Assembly (NCBI GenBank): GCA_963737255.1
Contig: CAVTSB010000010.1
Location: 71,492-135,491, forward strand
Direction of reading: 5' to 3'
From: an uncultured Bacteroidales bacterium
Lineage (GTDB): Bacteria > Bacteroidota > Bacteroidia > Bacteroidales > VadinHA17
DNA: 64,000 nucleotides
Shown here: in pieces, positions 32,152 through 40,400 of the stretch
Position numbering within the stretch: the stretch's first letter is position 1
Layout: the number at the start of each line of letters is the position of its first letter
The notes under the pieces: generated by a model
Database searches by the model: none
Seen by the model: the letters and a program-made list of their open reading frames with translations, nothing else
What the model was told of the DNA's origin: nothing
Position numbers and translations under genes: made by a program

Positions 32152-32256
32152 TTAACCGCAAAGAACGCAAAGATGTCGCAAAGAACGCAAAGCTAAGGCA
32201 CATAAATTCAGCTCTTTGCGAACTTTGCGTCTTTCCTTTGCGCCCTCTGCGGTTAA
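32152..32256. repeat. Imperfect inverted-repeat (hairpin) element built from CGCAAAG / CTTTGCG units, bounded by TTAACCGC...GCGGTTAA
   Basis: The left arm 32152..32192 carries CGCAAAG four times. The right arm 32214..32256 carries CTTTGCG three times plus a CTCTGCG variant. The loop is ~21 nt. ORFs 32105..32395(-) and 32115..32426(+) across it look spurious. Confidence 0.6.
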
Positions 32257-32523
32257 TGGATTTTGACTTATTCAACAGCCCCCAGGCACTCCTTAAAAAA
32301 AGGGGACCGACCGTAAAGAAATTGCCCGATGGAGGAGCCAGATTGGAGCGATGGTCGGGAGGGGCCAGCTTAAAGGGGTGGAATGTGGAATCCACATTTT
32401 ATGCGGGTTACAGCTGCATTCAATGATGCTGTTTAAGGTTCTTCCGGATAGGTAAAACTAACAAACAAATCCATCTGAACATTGTTAGTACTTCATAATT
32501 TCTTAACCGTAAAAATCAAAACT

Positions 32524-32931
32524 ATGGAAGCAAAAATTTTTGTAAACCTGCCGGTAAAGGATTTGAAAAGGACGATGGATTTCTTTTCAGGTCTGGGGTT
32601 TTCCTATAATCCCCAATTTACTGACGAAAAAGCAGCATGCATGATTATCAATCAGGATAGCAACGTCATGCTTCTGAGGGAAGATTTCTTCAAAAGTTTC
32701 ACAAAAAAGGGGATTGTAAATGCGCATAACTGCACCGAAGTGCTCACTTCCATCTCGACTGAAAGCAGGGAGAGGGTAGATGATATTGTGAATAAGGCGA
32801 TTTCCCTTGGTGCCACCGAAGCGCGTGAACCCGATGACTACGATTACATGTTTACACGCAGTTTCAATGATCCTGATGGACACATATGGGAAGTCAGCTG
32901 GATGGACATTGATGCCATGCCGCAAGCGTAA
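32524..32931 (+). CDS. VOC-family (glyoxalase/bleomycin-resistance fold) protein
   Basis: The track ORF 32482 starts at TTG; the first ATG, at 32524, gives MEAKIFVNLPVKDLKRTMDFFSGLGFSYNPQFTDEKAACMII...FNDPDGHIWEVSWMD. This pattern is typical of small VOC proteins. Confidence 0.75.
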   Translation: MEAKIFVNLPVKDLKRTMDFFSGLGFSYNPQFTDEKAACMIINQDSNVMLLREDFFKSFTKKGIVNAHNCTEVLTSISTESRERVDDIVNKAISLGATEAREPDDYDYMFTRSFNDPDGHIWEVSWMDIDAMPQA

Positions 32932-32946
32932 TTCCAAAAAAGGAAT

Positions 32947-32992
32947 AGCTGACGTGCATGAATAATATCCTCATGTATGTCAGCTCTTTTTT
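32947..32992. terminator. Bidirectional rho-independent terminator between convergent VOC and CSD genes
   Basis: AGCTGACGTGCATGA-ATAATATCC-TCATGTATGTCAGCT forms a ~15-bp stem with wobble pairs. It is followed by CTTTTTT on the plus strand and by ATTCCTTTTTT on the minus strand. It overlaps the stop codon at 32980..32982. Confidence 0.6.
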
Positions 32993-33432
32993 ACATTTGT
33001 TGCTGTAAGCCCCTTGGGACTTCGTTCCACTTCGAATGTTACCTTGTTGCCTTCTGCGATCGGTTCGGTTAAGACATTTACATGAACAAATACACTCTCC
33101 CGGGTTTCCTCATCCCTTATAAAACCATACCCTTTTGAATTGTTGAAATAGGTTACCACTCCCTTGTGAATAGTTTCCAATGGTTCGGGTTCTTTCACTT
33201 TATGTCCCGTTATATCAATATCTTCTGCATTAACAACGGTTCGTTTTGACATGTCCGGAGGTGTTGGGCTCAGATTGCCAAATTCATCAACATAAGCAAT
33301 CATGTCATCAAGGTTGTTTCCGTCCCTGCTCTTTGTTTTTCTTTCAAGCCTCTTTTTTTCTTTTTCCTTTCTATTCTGTTCCTGTTTCTTTCTTACCTCT
33401 TTCTTGCTGCTAGTTTCATTCGATCTTCCCAT
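32980..33432 (-). CDS. Cold-shock-domain protein with Lys/Glu-rich N-terminal extension
   Basis: 150 aa. The N-terminus is MGRSNETSSKKEVRKKQEQNRKEKEKKRLERKTK. The C-terminal CSD (GVVTYFNNSKGYGFIRDEETRESVFVHVN) contains RNP1/RNP2-like motifs. Confidence 0.85.
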   Translation of the reverse strand: MGRSNETSSKKEVRKKQEQNRKEKEKKRLERKTKSRDGNNLDDMIAYVDEFGNLSPTPPDMSKRTVVNAEDIDITGHKVKEPEPLETIHKGVVTYFNNSKGYGFIRDEETRESVFVHVNVLTEPIAEGNKVTFEVERSPKGLTATNVKKS

Positions 33433-33536
33433 AAGCTGTTTGCGATTTTAAATGACTTTTTTGTTTGTTTATTTCCGGAACATCCCATCGGGTAAATAGC
33501 TTTAAAAAAGTGAAATCCTGAATGGGTTGATCACTA

Positions 33537-33544
33537 CAAAGATA
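33537..33544 (-). promoter_or_regulatory. Bacteroidota -7 promoter box for the CSD-protein gene
   Basis: The minus strand reads TATCTTTG (TAnnTTTG). This implies a ~95-nt 5' leader before the ATG at 33432. Long leaders are typical of cold-shock genes. Confidence 0.4.
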
Positions 33545-33719
33545 ACCTAAATTGCCTTCGTTTGAAAATTAATAATATATCATCCTTTAATTTAAGCTAT
33601 TCTACCTTTACCATCAACGGGCTTTATTCCCGCATCCTGCGGTCAGGTAAATGATACCTATGAAGATTTTGAGATATCTGCAATCGTCGAAAAATAACAG
33701 GCTTACCTACTTCAGAAGA

Positions 33720-35087
33720 TTAGCTCTTCCAGTTCCGGTATAATGGAGTTCCCATACAGCAGTTCTTGAACTTTTTGCCGCTGCCGCACGGACACGGATC
33801 GTTCCGCTCGGGCATAACAGGCTTTATTACCTGGCTGTCCCTGTTTCTGATCCAGTTCATTACGTTTGCAGGTGGACGCTTGTTCTTTAGCTCTTTCGCC
33901 ATGAACTCCATATAGGGTTCAACATGATGAAAGAATATCTTATAGCCCTGGCACAGATAATTAAGTCCCGGTTTTCCGTCGACAGTCTTCAGAAACCTGT
34001 GTTTTGGGCACTCGCCGTGACATGCATACCTGACATCGCACTGAAGGCATTGACGTGGAAGGCTGTTGCGCTTGTCGATCCCAAAATCAAACTGCTTCTG
34101 CAACGCAGCCAGATCGCGAAGGGGAGTCCCACTGATATTTCCCAGAAGATATTCAGGATAAACAAAATGATCGCACGAGAAGACATCCCCGTTATGCTCC
34201 ATTACCAGGGCTTCTCCGCAAGTGTCATTAAAAACGCACAATCCCGGATTCTCACCTGTATAGTTGGCAAGTGTGGCATCGAATATCTGAACGAAATACC
34301 GACCGACATCGTTCCTTACCCATTCGTCAAATACGGTTACCAGGAAACTGCCAAAATCCCATGCACCGACCGACCATTCAGTGACCTCAGCATTCTCTTC
34401 ATGGATTGGAGCAATAAGCTTGAGATCATCATTCTTACTTCTCCCTGAAACATGCTCCACCACGGGAAGGAACTGTATAAATCCGCTTCCTGTCTTTTTG
34501 AGGAACCTGTATGTTTCCGATGCGTAATGAACATTATAATCGTTTACGACGCTCAGAGTATTGAATTCCACCCGGTTTTTATGAAGCAGTTCTATCCCTT
34601 TCATAACTTTCCTGAAAGTCGGCCCGTCTGACATTGTCTTTCTGTAATGGTCGTGATTATGTTCTTCACCATCGATTGAGATACCCACAAGTATGTTATT
34701 GTCTGCAAAGAATTTACACCAGTCATTATTCAGCCTGGTCCCGTTTGTCTGGAAAGCATTTTCAATCTGCTTTCCCCCCGAGTATTTTTTCTGCAGTTCC
34801 AACGCCTTCCTGAAGAAATCAAGGCCCATGAGGGTCGGTTCTCCTCCCTGCCAGGTAAAAGTAACAACCGGGACTTCTTGCGCTTCAATAAATTGCCTTG
34901 TGAAGTTTTCGAGCAACTCATCAGTCATCCTGAGGCTGCTGCCGTCAGCATACAATTTCTTCTTTTCGAGGTAATAGCAATACGTGCAGTTAAGATTGCA
35001 TGAGGGTCCTGCAGGTTTCAGCATCACATGAAAAGCATTCGGTCTTTTCAGCCTAAGGGCATCTGTGAAGAGAAGAGTTTGTTTCAT
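33720..35087 (-). CDS. Anaerobic sulfatase-maturating enzyme (radical SAM/SPASM) with C-terminal SEC-C motif
   Basis: 455 aa. It has the CNLNCTYC (CxxxCxxC) radical-SAM cluster motif and SPASM cysteines (CVFNDTCGEALVMEHNGDVFSCDHF; CLQCDVRYACHGECPKHR). A terminal CPCGSGKKFKNCC is present. Confidence 0.9.
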   Translation of the reverse strand: MKQTLLFTDALRLKRPNAFHVMLKPAGPSCNLNCTYCYYLEKKKLYADGSSLRMTDELLENFTRQFIEAQEVPVVTFTWQGGEPTLMGLDFFRKALELQKKYSGGKQIENAFQTNGTRLNNDWCKFFADNNILVGISIDGEEHNHDHYRKTMSDGPTFRKVMKGIELLHKNRVEFNTLSVVNDYNVHYASETYRFLKKTGSGFIQFLPVVEHVSGRSKNDDLKLIAPIHEENAEVTEWSVGAWDFGSFLVTVFDEWVRNDVGRYFVQIFDATLANYTGENPGLCVFNDTCGEALVMEHNGDVFSCDHFVYPEYLLGNISGTPLRDLAALQKQFDFGIDKRNSLPRQCLQCDVRYACHGECPKHRFLKTVDGKPGLNYLCQGYKIFFHHVEPYMEFMAKELKNKRPPANVMNWIRNRDSQVIKPVMPERNDPCPCGSGKKFKNCCMGTPLYRNWKS

Positions 35088-35103
35088 CCGATATCGGTTG
35101 CTG

Positions 35104-35111
35104 CAAAAATA
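35104..35111 (-). promoter_or_regulatory. Bacteroidota -7 promoter box for the maturase gene
   Basis: The minus strand reads TATTTTTG (TAnnTTTG), 17 nt upstream of the ATG at 35087. Confidence 0.4.
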
Positions 35112-35250
35112 CGATTATTGACAAACAATAAGGCAAATGTGATATGTATTATGGGCGACAGATTGAGGTACCGGTTGCAGCAGTAGATTGAGGATTAAAT
35201 AATATTTTTTAAATTAGTCAAAATTTAATCTGATAAATTGTTATCCTGAT

Positions 35251-36528
35251 ATGAAAAGAAGAAAATTCATTGAAATAACCTCGCTGGGCTCAGCAGGCGT
35301 GGCAACCTCCTTCTATATTCCATCTGCTCCGCAGGATCGTAAACTCAGGGTCGGGCTTATCGGTTCGGGATGGTATGGGATGGTCGATCTTAAAGCTGCT
35401 CTGAACGTTGGCGGTGTTGAAGTCATTGCGATAAGCGATGTGGACTCCGAACATCTGTCAAAAAGCGCAGAAGAGCTCGAAAAGCTTCAGGGCAGCAAAC
35501 CAAAGTCTTTTAAATATTTTGGCGATCTGCTTGACATGAAGGGGATGGATGCTCTCTTTATCGGCACTATTCCTCACTGGCATGCCCTGCAATTCATAGC
35601 TGCCTGCGAGAAAGGTCTCGATATCTATTGTGAGAAACCGCTTGCCTATGATGTTAAAGAAGGCCTTGCGATGGTCAATGCTGCAAATAAAGCCGGGAAC
35701 ATTGTACAGGTTGGCTTTCAGCGAAGACAGGCAGCTTCATTCCGGAAAGCAAAAGAACTTCTTGAATCGGGCAGGGTAGGGACGGTTCGTGAGATAGTCG
35801 CCCAGATACATTATAATCCGGTTCCCCAGGATACCAAAATACAACCGCCGCCTGCTTCGCTCGATTGGGAAGAGTGGTGCGGTCCTGCTCCAAAACTCGA
35901 TTACAGGCCAAGTATAGGGCACATGTCGTGGAGGCTTGAGAAGGAGTATGGCAATGGTCATCTTGTCGATTGGGGGATACATCACATTGACATAATCCGT
36001 AAAATAATGGATGAAGAAATGCCGCAGGAAGTTTACGCGTCGGGAGGACTCTTTAACCTCAGGGATCAGATCACAACGCCCGATACTCTGACTGCCCGGT
36101 TCAAATTCTCCAAAGTGAATCTTACATGGCAGCACAGGCTCTGGGGGCCAGGCGATGTGACTCGCGAATTCAATAACGGTATCTTCTTTTACGGTGATAA
36201 GGGAACCCTCTTTGCCGATGACTCAAAAGTTGTCATTTTTCCGGCAGGCAAAGATGCAAAGAGGGAGGATATGCCGGTCCCTACGCAGCAGATGCAGGAA
36301 AAGCATGTCGAAAATTTCCTTAAAGCAGTCCGTGCTAAAAATAAAAGCCTTATAAACTGCACTATTGAAGATGCATTCAGGTCAACAGCAACGGTTCAGC
36401 TTGCGATGATCTCATATAATACCGGTTCCATTGTAAGGTGGGATCAGAAAACCAACGGGATAACAGGGAATCCACCTGCAGAAGCTCTGCTTAAAAGGGA
36501 ATACAGGGGAAAATACAGGCATCCCTGA
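35251..36528 (+). CDS. Gfo/Idh/MocA-family oxidoreductase with twin-arginine (TAT) signal
   Basis: 425 aa. It starts MKRRKFIEITSLGSAGVATSF (RRxFI TAT motif) and has a Rossmann GLIGSGWYG. Overall it resembles periplasmic glycoside-oxidising Gfo/Idh/MocA proteins. Confidence 0.85.
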   Translation: MKRRKFIEITSLGSAGVATSFYIPSAPQDRKLRVGLIGSGWYGMVDLKAALNVGGVEVIAISDVDSEHLSKSAEELEKLQGSKPKSFKYFGDLLDMKGMDALFIGTIPHWHALQFIAACEKGLDIYCEKPLAYDVKEGLAMVNAANKAGNIVQVGFQRRQAASFRKAKELLESGRVGTVREIVAQIHYNPVPQDTKIQPPPASLDWEEWCGPAPKLDYRPSIGHMSWRLEKEYGNGHLVDWGIHHIDIIRKIMDEEMPQEVYASGGLFNLRDQITTPDTLTARFKFSKVNLTWQHRLWGPGDVTREFNNGIFFYGDKGTLFADDSKVVIFPAGKDAKREDMPVPTQQMQEKHVENFLKAVRAKNKSLINCTIEDAFRSTATVQLAMISYNTGSIVRWDQKTNGITGNPPAEALLKREYRGKYRHP

Positions 36529-36554
36529 AGGAACCTGTATCCCTGTATAAATTA

Positions 36555-36785
36555 TTATGATTTGACAACTGCCCTGCGGGCATGATAACGGCTCAATGCT
36601 TCCTCGGGGTCAGCATCCAGTGCAATATATATTTTAGTTCTGTGATCAACCACAACAGCCTGCAATTTATTCAGATCGGGCGATTTAAAAACTACTTGCT
36701 TTTTTTCGTACATAACATTCTTCATTTGATTAATTGTTAAATTCCAAAAATTTTCCCTTAATCCATTTCCGGTAAAAAACTTCAT
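36555..36785 (-). CDS. Small hypothetical protein (start uncertain)
   Basis: 76-aa ORF with alternative starts at MKNVMYEKK or MYEKK. I recognise no family. It lies downstream of the csp terminator, so it would need its own promoter. Confidence 0.3.
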   Translation of the reverse strand: MKFFTGNGLRENFWNLTINQMKNVMYEKKQVVFKSPDLNKLQAVVVDHRTKIYIALDADPEEALSRYHARRAVVKS

Positions 36786-36826
36786 AAATTCTGAAAAACT
36801 GAAAATAATTGTCTACCGGATATCAC

Positions 36827-36851
36827 AAAAAAGTCCCGCTCCTGGCGGGAC
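36827..36851 (-). terminator. Rho-independent terminator of the cold-shock gene
   Basis: The minus strand reads GTCCCGC-CAGGA-GCGGGAC (7-bp GC-rich stem, 5-nt loop), followed by TTTTTTG. It lies 31 nt after the csp stop. Confidence 0.8.
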
Positions 36852-36881
36852 CAAAAACATTAAATCATTAATATAGATAAA

Positions 36882-37073
36882 CTATGCAAGTTTAACATTT
36901 ACTGCATTTAATCCTTTTTTACCCTGTTCCAGGTCAAAAGTTACTTCATCATTCTCAGAGATAGTATCCTTTAAACCCGTTGAATGCACAAAATACTCTT
37001 TTGTAGAATTCTCCTCTTTAATGAATCCAAATCCTTTTGATTCATTAAAAAATTTTACTGTTCCTTTATTCAT
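36882..37073 (-). CDS. Cold-shock protein (CspA family)
   Basis: 63 aa: MNKGTVKFFNESKGFGFIKEENSTKEYFVHSTGL..., with canonical RNP1 (KGFGFI) and RNP2 (VFVH-like) motifs. Confidence 0.95.
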   Translation of the reverse strand: MNKGTVKFFNESKGFGFIKEENSTKEYFVHSTGLKDTISENDEVTFDLEQGKKGLNAVNVKLA

Positions 37074-37401
37074 AATGTGATTTTATTAATTCGGCGCAAT
37101 GTACGCTTTATTTTCGTGATATCGCATTTATTTTCAATATATTATTATAATTCATCAATATGGAGCAATTACAATCCCGGAAACTGATACGCAGAATGCT
37201 GCCAGATTTGGCATTGCACCGATAATATCAGGCGGCGGGAGGAAAGCAGAAAGGACTGCAGATTTGGATTCATTTTGGCACTTTCCCCTGAAAATGAAAC
37301 CAGAAGAACAGAAAATGTTACAAAAGTGGTAGACTTTGTTTGTAAGGGAGCCGACCTTTGTATTAGAATATTGCTTTGGCGATACCTTAACAAATTATAC
37401 C

Positions 37402-40400
37402 ATGAAAACACTCAGCAGATCCATTTCCTTTTACTTAACAACCTGTTTATTGGTAAGTCTGGTTAGTGTTCACAAAATTAATTCACAACCTGTAGACGCC
37501 GTTCAGGCCAAATTAGTAGCAAAAAGCTTTTTTGAAGAAAGATTATCGCGGAGCAGAGACGGTGCCATAAAAGGCATTTCGTCCCAGGATCTTGAATTTC
37601 TTTTAGTCCATAAGGAAAATGCGGGTGAGGGAAATGATCCTAAAAAAGGCAGTGAAGCCATGCTTGTTTATTACATTTTTAACGTAAAGGATAAAACTAA
37701 TCTAAAAGATAAAAAAGGTTTTATCATAATATCAGCTGATCAAAGGGTGCCTGCGGTATTAGGATATTCTTTTACTGAAGAATTTTCTGAAAATGATGAG
37801 AAATCTGCGTATAAGGACTGGATGGATCACTATAAAGAACAGATTAACTATGCCGTTGAAAACAATTTAGAACCTGATCCTGAGGTCACTGATAACTGGA
37901 AGAAATATTCAGGAATAATTGAACTAAAGGGAGTTGAGCAGCTAACCGAAGTTACACCCTTACTATCAACAATATGGAACCAGAATGGGTACTGTAATAA
38001 TCTTTGTCCTGAAGATGAAGATTGTATCAATGCCTTAAATGGTCACGTCCCAGCTGGCTGTGTTGCAGTTGCGATGGCTCAAATAATGAAACGTTGGAAT
38101 TACCCCGATGCAAATAATCCAATACCAGGCTACAATTCAACCAATTATGGATGGCAACCGGATATTCCTGCTACTCCATATAATTGGTCCTTGATGCGTG
38201 ATAACATAGACTTTTTTAATCCGGATCAACCCACAAGTGCCCAAATAGAAGCTGTTTCAACACTTATTTATCACTGCGGAGTGTCTGTTCAGATGAAATA
38301 TGGACCAGGTGCGTCAGGGGCAGGTTCACCTGTAAATGCATTTATAGATTATTTTAAATATTCTCCAGAGATTCGAGATGTTGATAGAAGTGTATATTCT
38401 GATAGTGACTGGGAAGACATGCTAAGAGGCGAATTAAATGAAGAGAGACCTGTCTATTACTCAGGATACAAAAACGAACAACAGGAAGAAGGGCATGCAT
38501 TTGTTTGTGATGGGTACCAGGATGTTGAACCTTACTTTCATTTTAATTGGGGTTTGGGGCCTGGCCCTGATGGTTATTATTATCTCAGTGACCTGACACC
38601 TGGAAGTCATGACTTCAGGTTTGTGCAATGGGCAATTATTGGTATAACTCCTGGTTCAGGTTCAGGTTCAACAGTTTCAGATAATGATGGGAATATTTAC
38701 AATACTGTTACTATTGGTGAGCAGACCTGGATGGTTGAAAATCTGAAAACCACGAAGTATAATGATGCAACAGGCATTGCTTATCCGGGGACTAACAATG
38801 ATGCCTGGTTAAATACTTCATCAGGGGCTTATGCCTGGTATGGTAATAATATTGCTAACAAAGATCCGTATGGAGCTCTGTACAATTGGTATGCTGTAAA
38901 CACAGGAAAATTATGCCCCGCAGGCTGGCATGTGCCTACTGACGATGAGTGGAAACAATTGGAAACTTTCATGGGAATGACCCCCGAAGAGCTTGAAAGA
39001 TATTCTTACTTTCGTGGAACCGATGAAGGTGGAAAACTGAAGGAGGCAGGAACAGATTACTGGCAAAGTCCTAATAATTGTGCAACCAATACATACGGGT
39101 TTACTGCACTCCCTGGCGGTTTTCGTATTGGTGATGGTTGGTACAATTATATCAGTGAAAACGGTTTTTGGTGGACCTCTTCCAGGAACAATGAGTATGA
39201 TGCAACCGGCTGGAGCCGGTACATGAATAATAATAATTGTGGAGTGTTCAGGGGCATTACATGGGTAAACGATGGATTTTCAGTCCGGTGCTTATTGGGG
39301 GAATTGGTGGAAACCATTCCGGGTGATGCGGGAGCATTTGCATATGGATATATCGGTTCTGCAGAAGAAGAGAAATGGTATAGATTCCTGACCGGTCCGG
39401 CAGGTTCTTATGTCATTCAAACCTACGGGAACACTGATACATACATGTATCTCTACAATAGTGAAAAAAACACAATTTTAGCTGAAGATAATAATGGGGG
39501 CGAAGGAGCCGGCAATTCAAGGATTATTAAGGATCTGAGTGCAGATACCTGGTATTATGTAAAAATAAGGGGATATGATAACAACGTCACAGGAAGCTAC
39601 TCGATAAATTTTGTTCCGTTACCGGCAGCGCCAACTGCTAAGGACCAGACGGTCTGCTCCGACGGCACAGGCAACCAGACATTAATGGCAAATGCAACTG
39701 CACCTGAAGGTTCAAGCGTAGTCTGGTTCACAACTCCGGATGGTTCAGTTTCAACAGAAAACCCCATACAGGCAGGAGTTGGGAGCATAACATATTATGC
39801 AGCTTCATATAATGGCACATCAGAATGCTACAGTATGACACGGACTCCCGTAACCCTGACTATTAATGGATTACCAACAGCAGTAATTTCAGGAACTGCT
39901 TTGATCTGCGAGGGTAATTCCGCTGAATTGTCCCTTTCTTTTACCGGAGAACCACCCTGGAGTATCACCTATACTGACGGGACTACTCCCGTAACATTAT
40001 CAGGTATTTCAGTAAGTCCTTATCTGATAACAGTTGCACCTTTTGCCACAACAACTTACTCCCTTCTTGCTGTAGGTGATGCAAATTGTTCACAGGAACT
40101 TTCAGGTATTAGTGCATTCGTAACCATAAATAGTAATCCTGAAATTACCGGCATTACAGCTGATCAGGTTGATCCGGTTCCATTGCAAAATGAAGAAGCA
40201 ACAGTTTATATTACTGCAGGGTTTTCAGACGTGGACAATAATCTGATATCTGTAGCATTTGATTTTGGTGACGGGTCAAGTCCTGAAACCACGGCGCTGG
40301 CTGGAACCGAGACTTCGATCCAGGTTTCCCATACATACAGCAAAACGGGAGTATTTGTTGTTGAAGTTACTCTTTCGGATGAATGTTCCTCAGTTTCAAT

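Noticed and set aside
32105-32426. Two ~100-aa ORFs (32105..32395 minus, 32115..32426 plus) in the 600-bp gap upstream of the VOC gene.
   Set aside because: Both run through the CGCAAAG hairpin repeat, which yields peptides such as RKERKDVAKNAKL and FAFFATSLRSLRL. They mirror each other on opposite strands, so they are by-products of the repeat.
38650-38670. Short tandem repeat (GGTTCA)x3.
   Set aside because: It simply encodes the GSGSGS inter-domain linker of the C10/FISUMP protein. It is too short to call a phase-variation tract and it is in frame.
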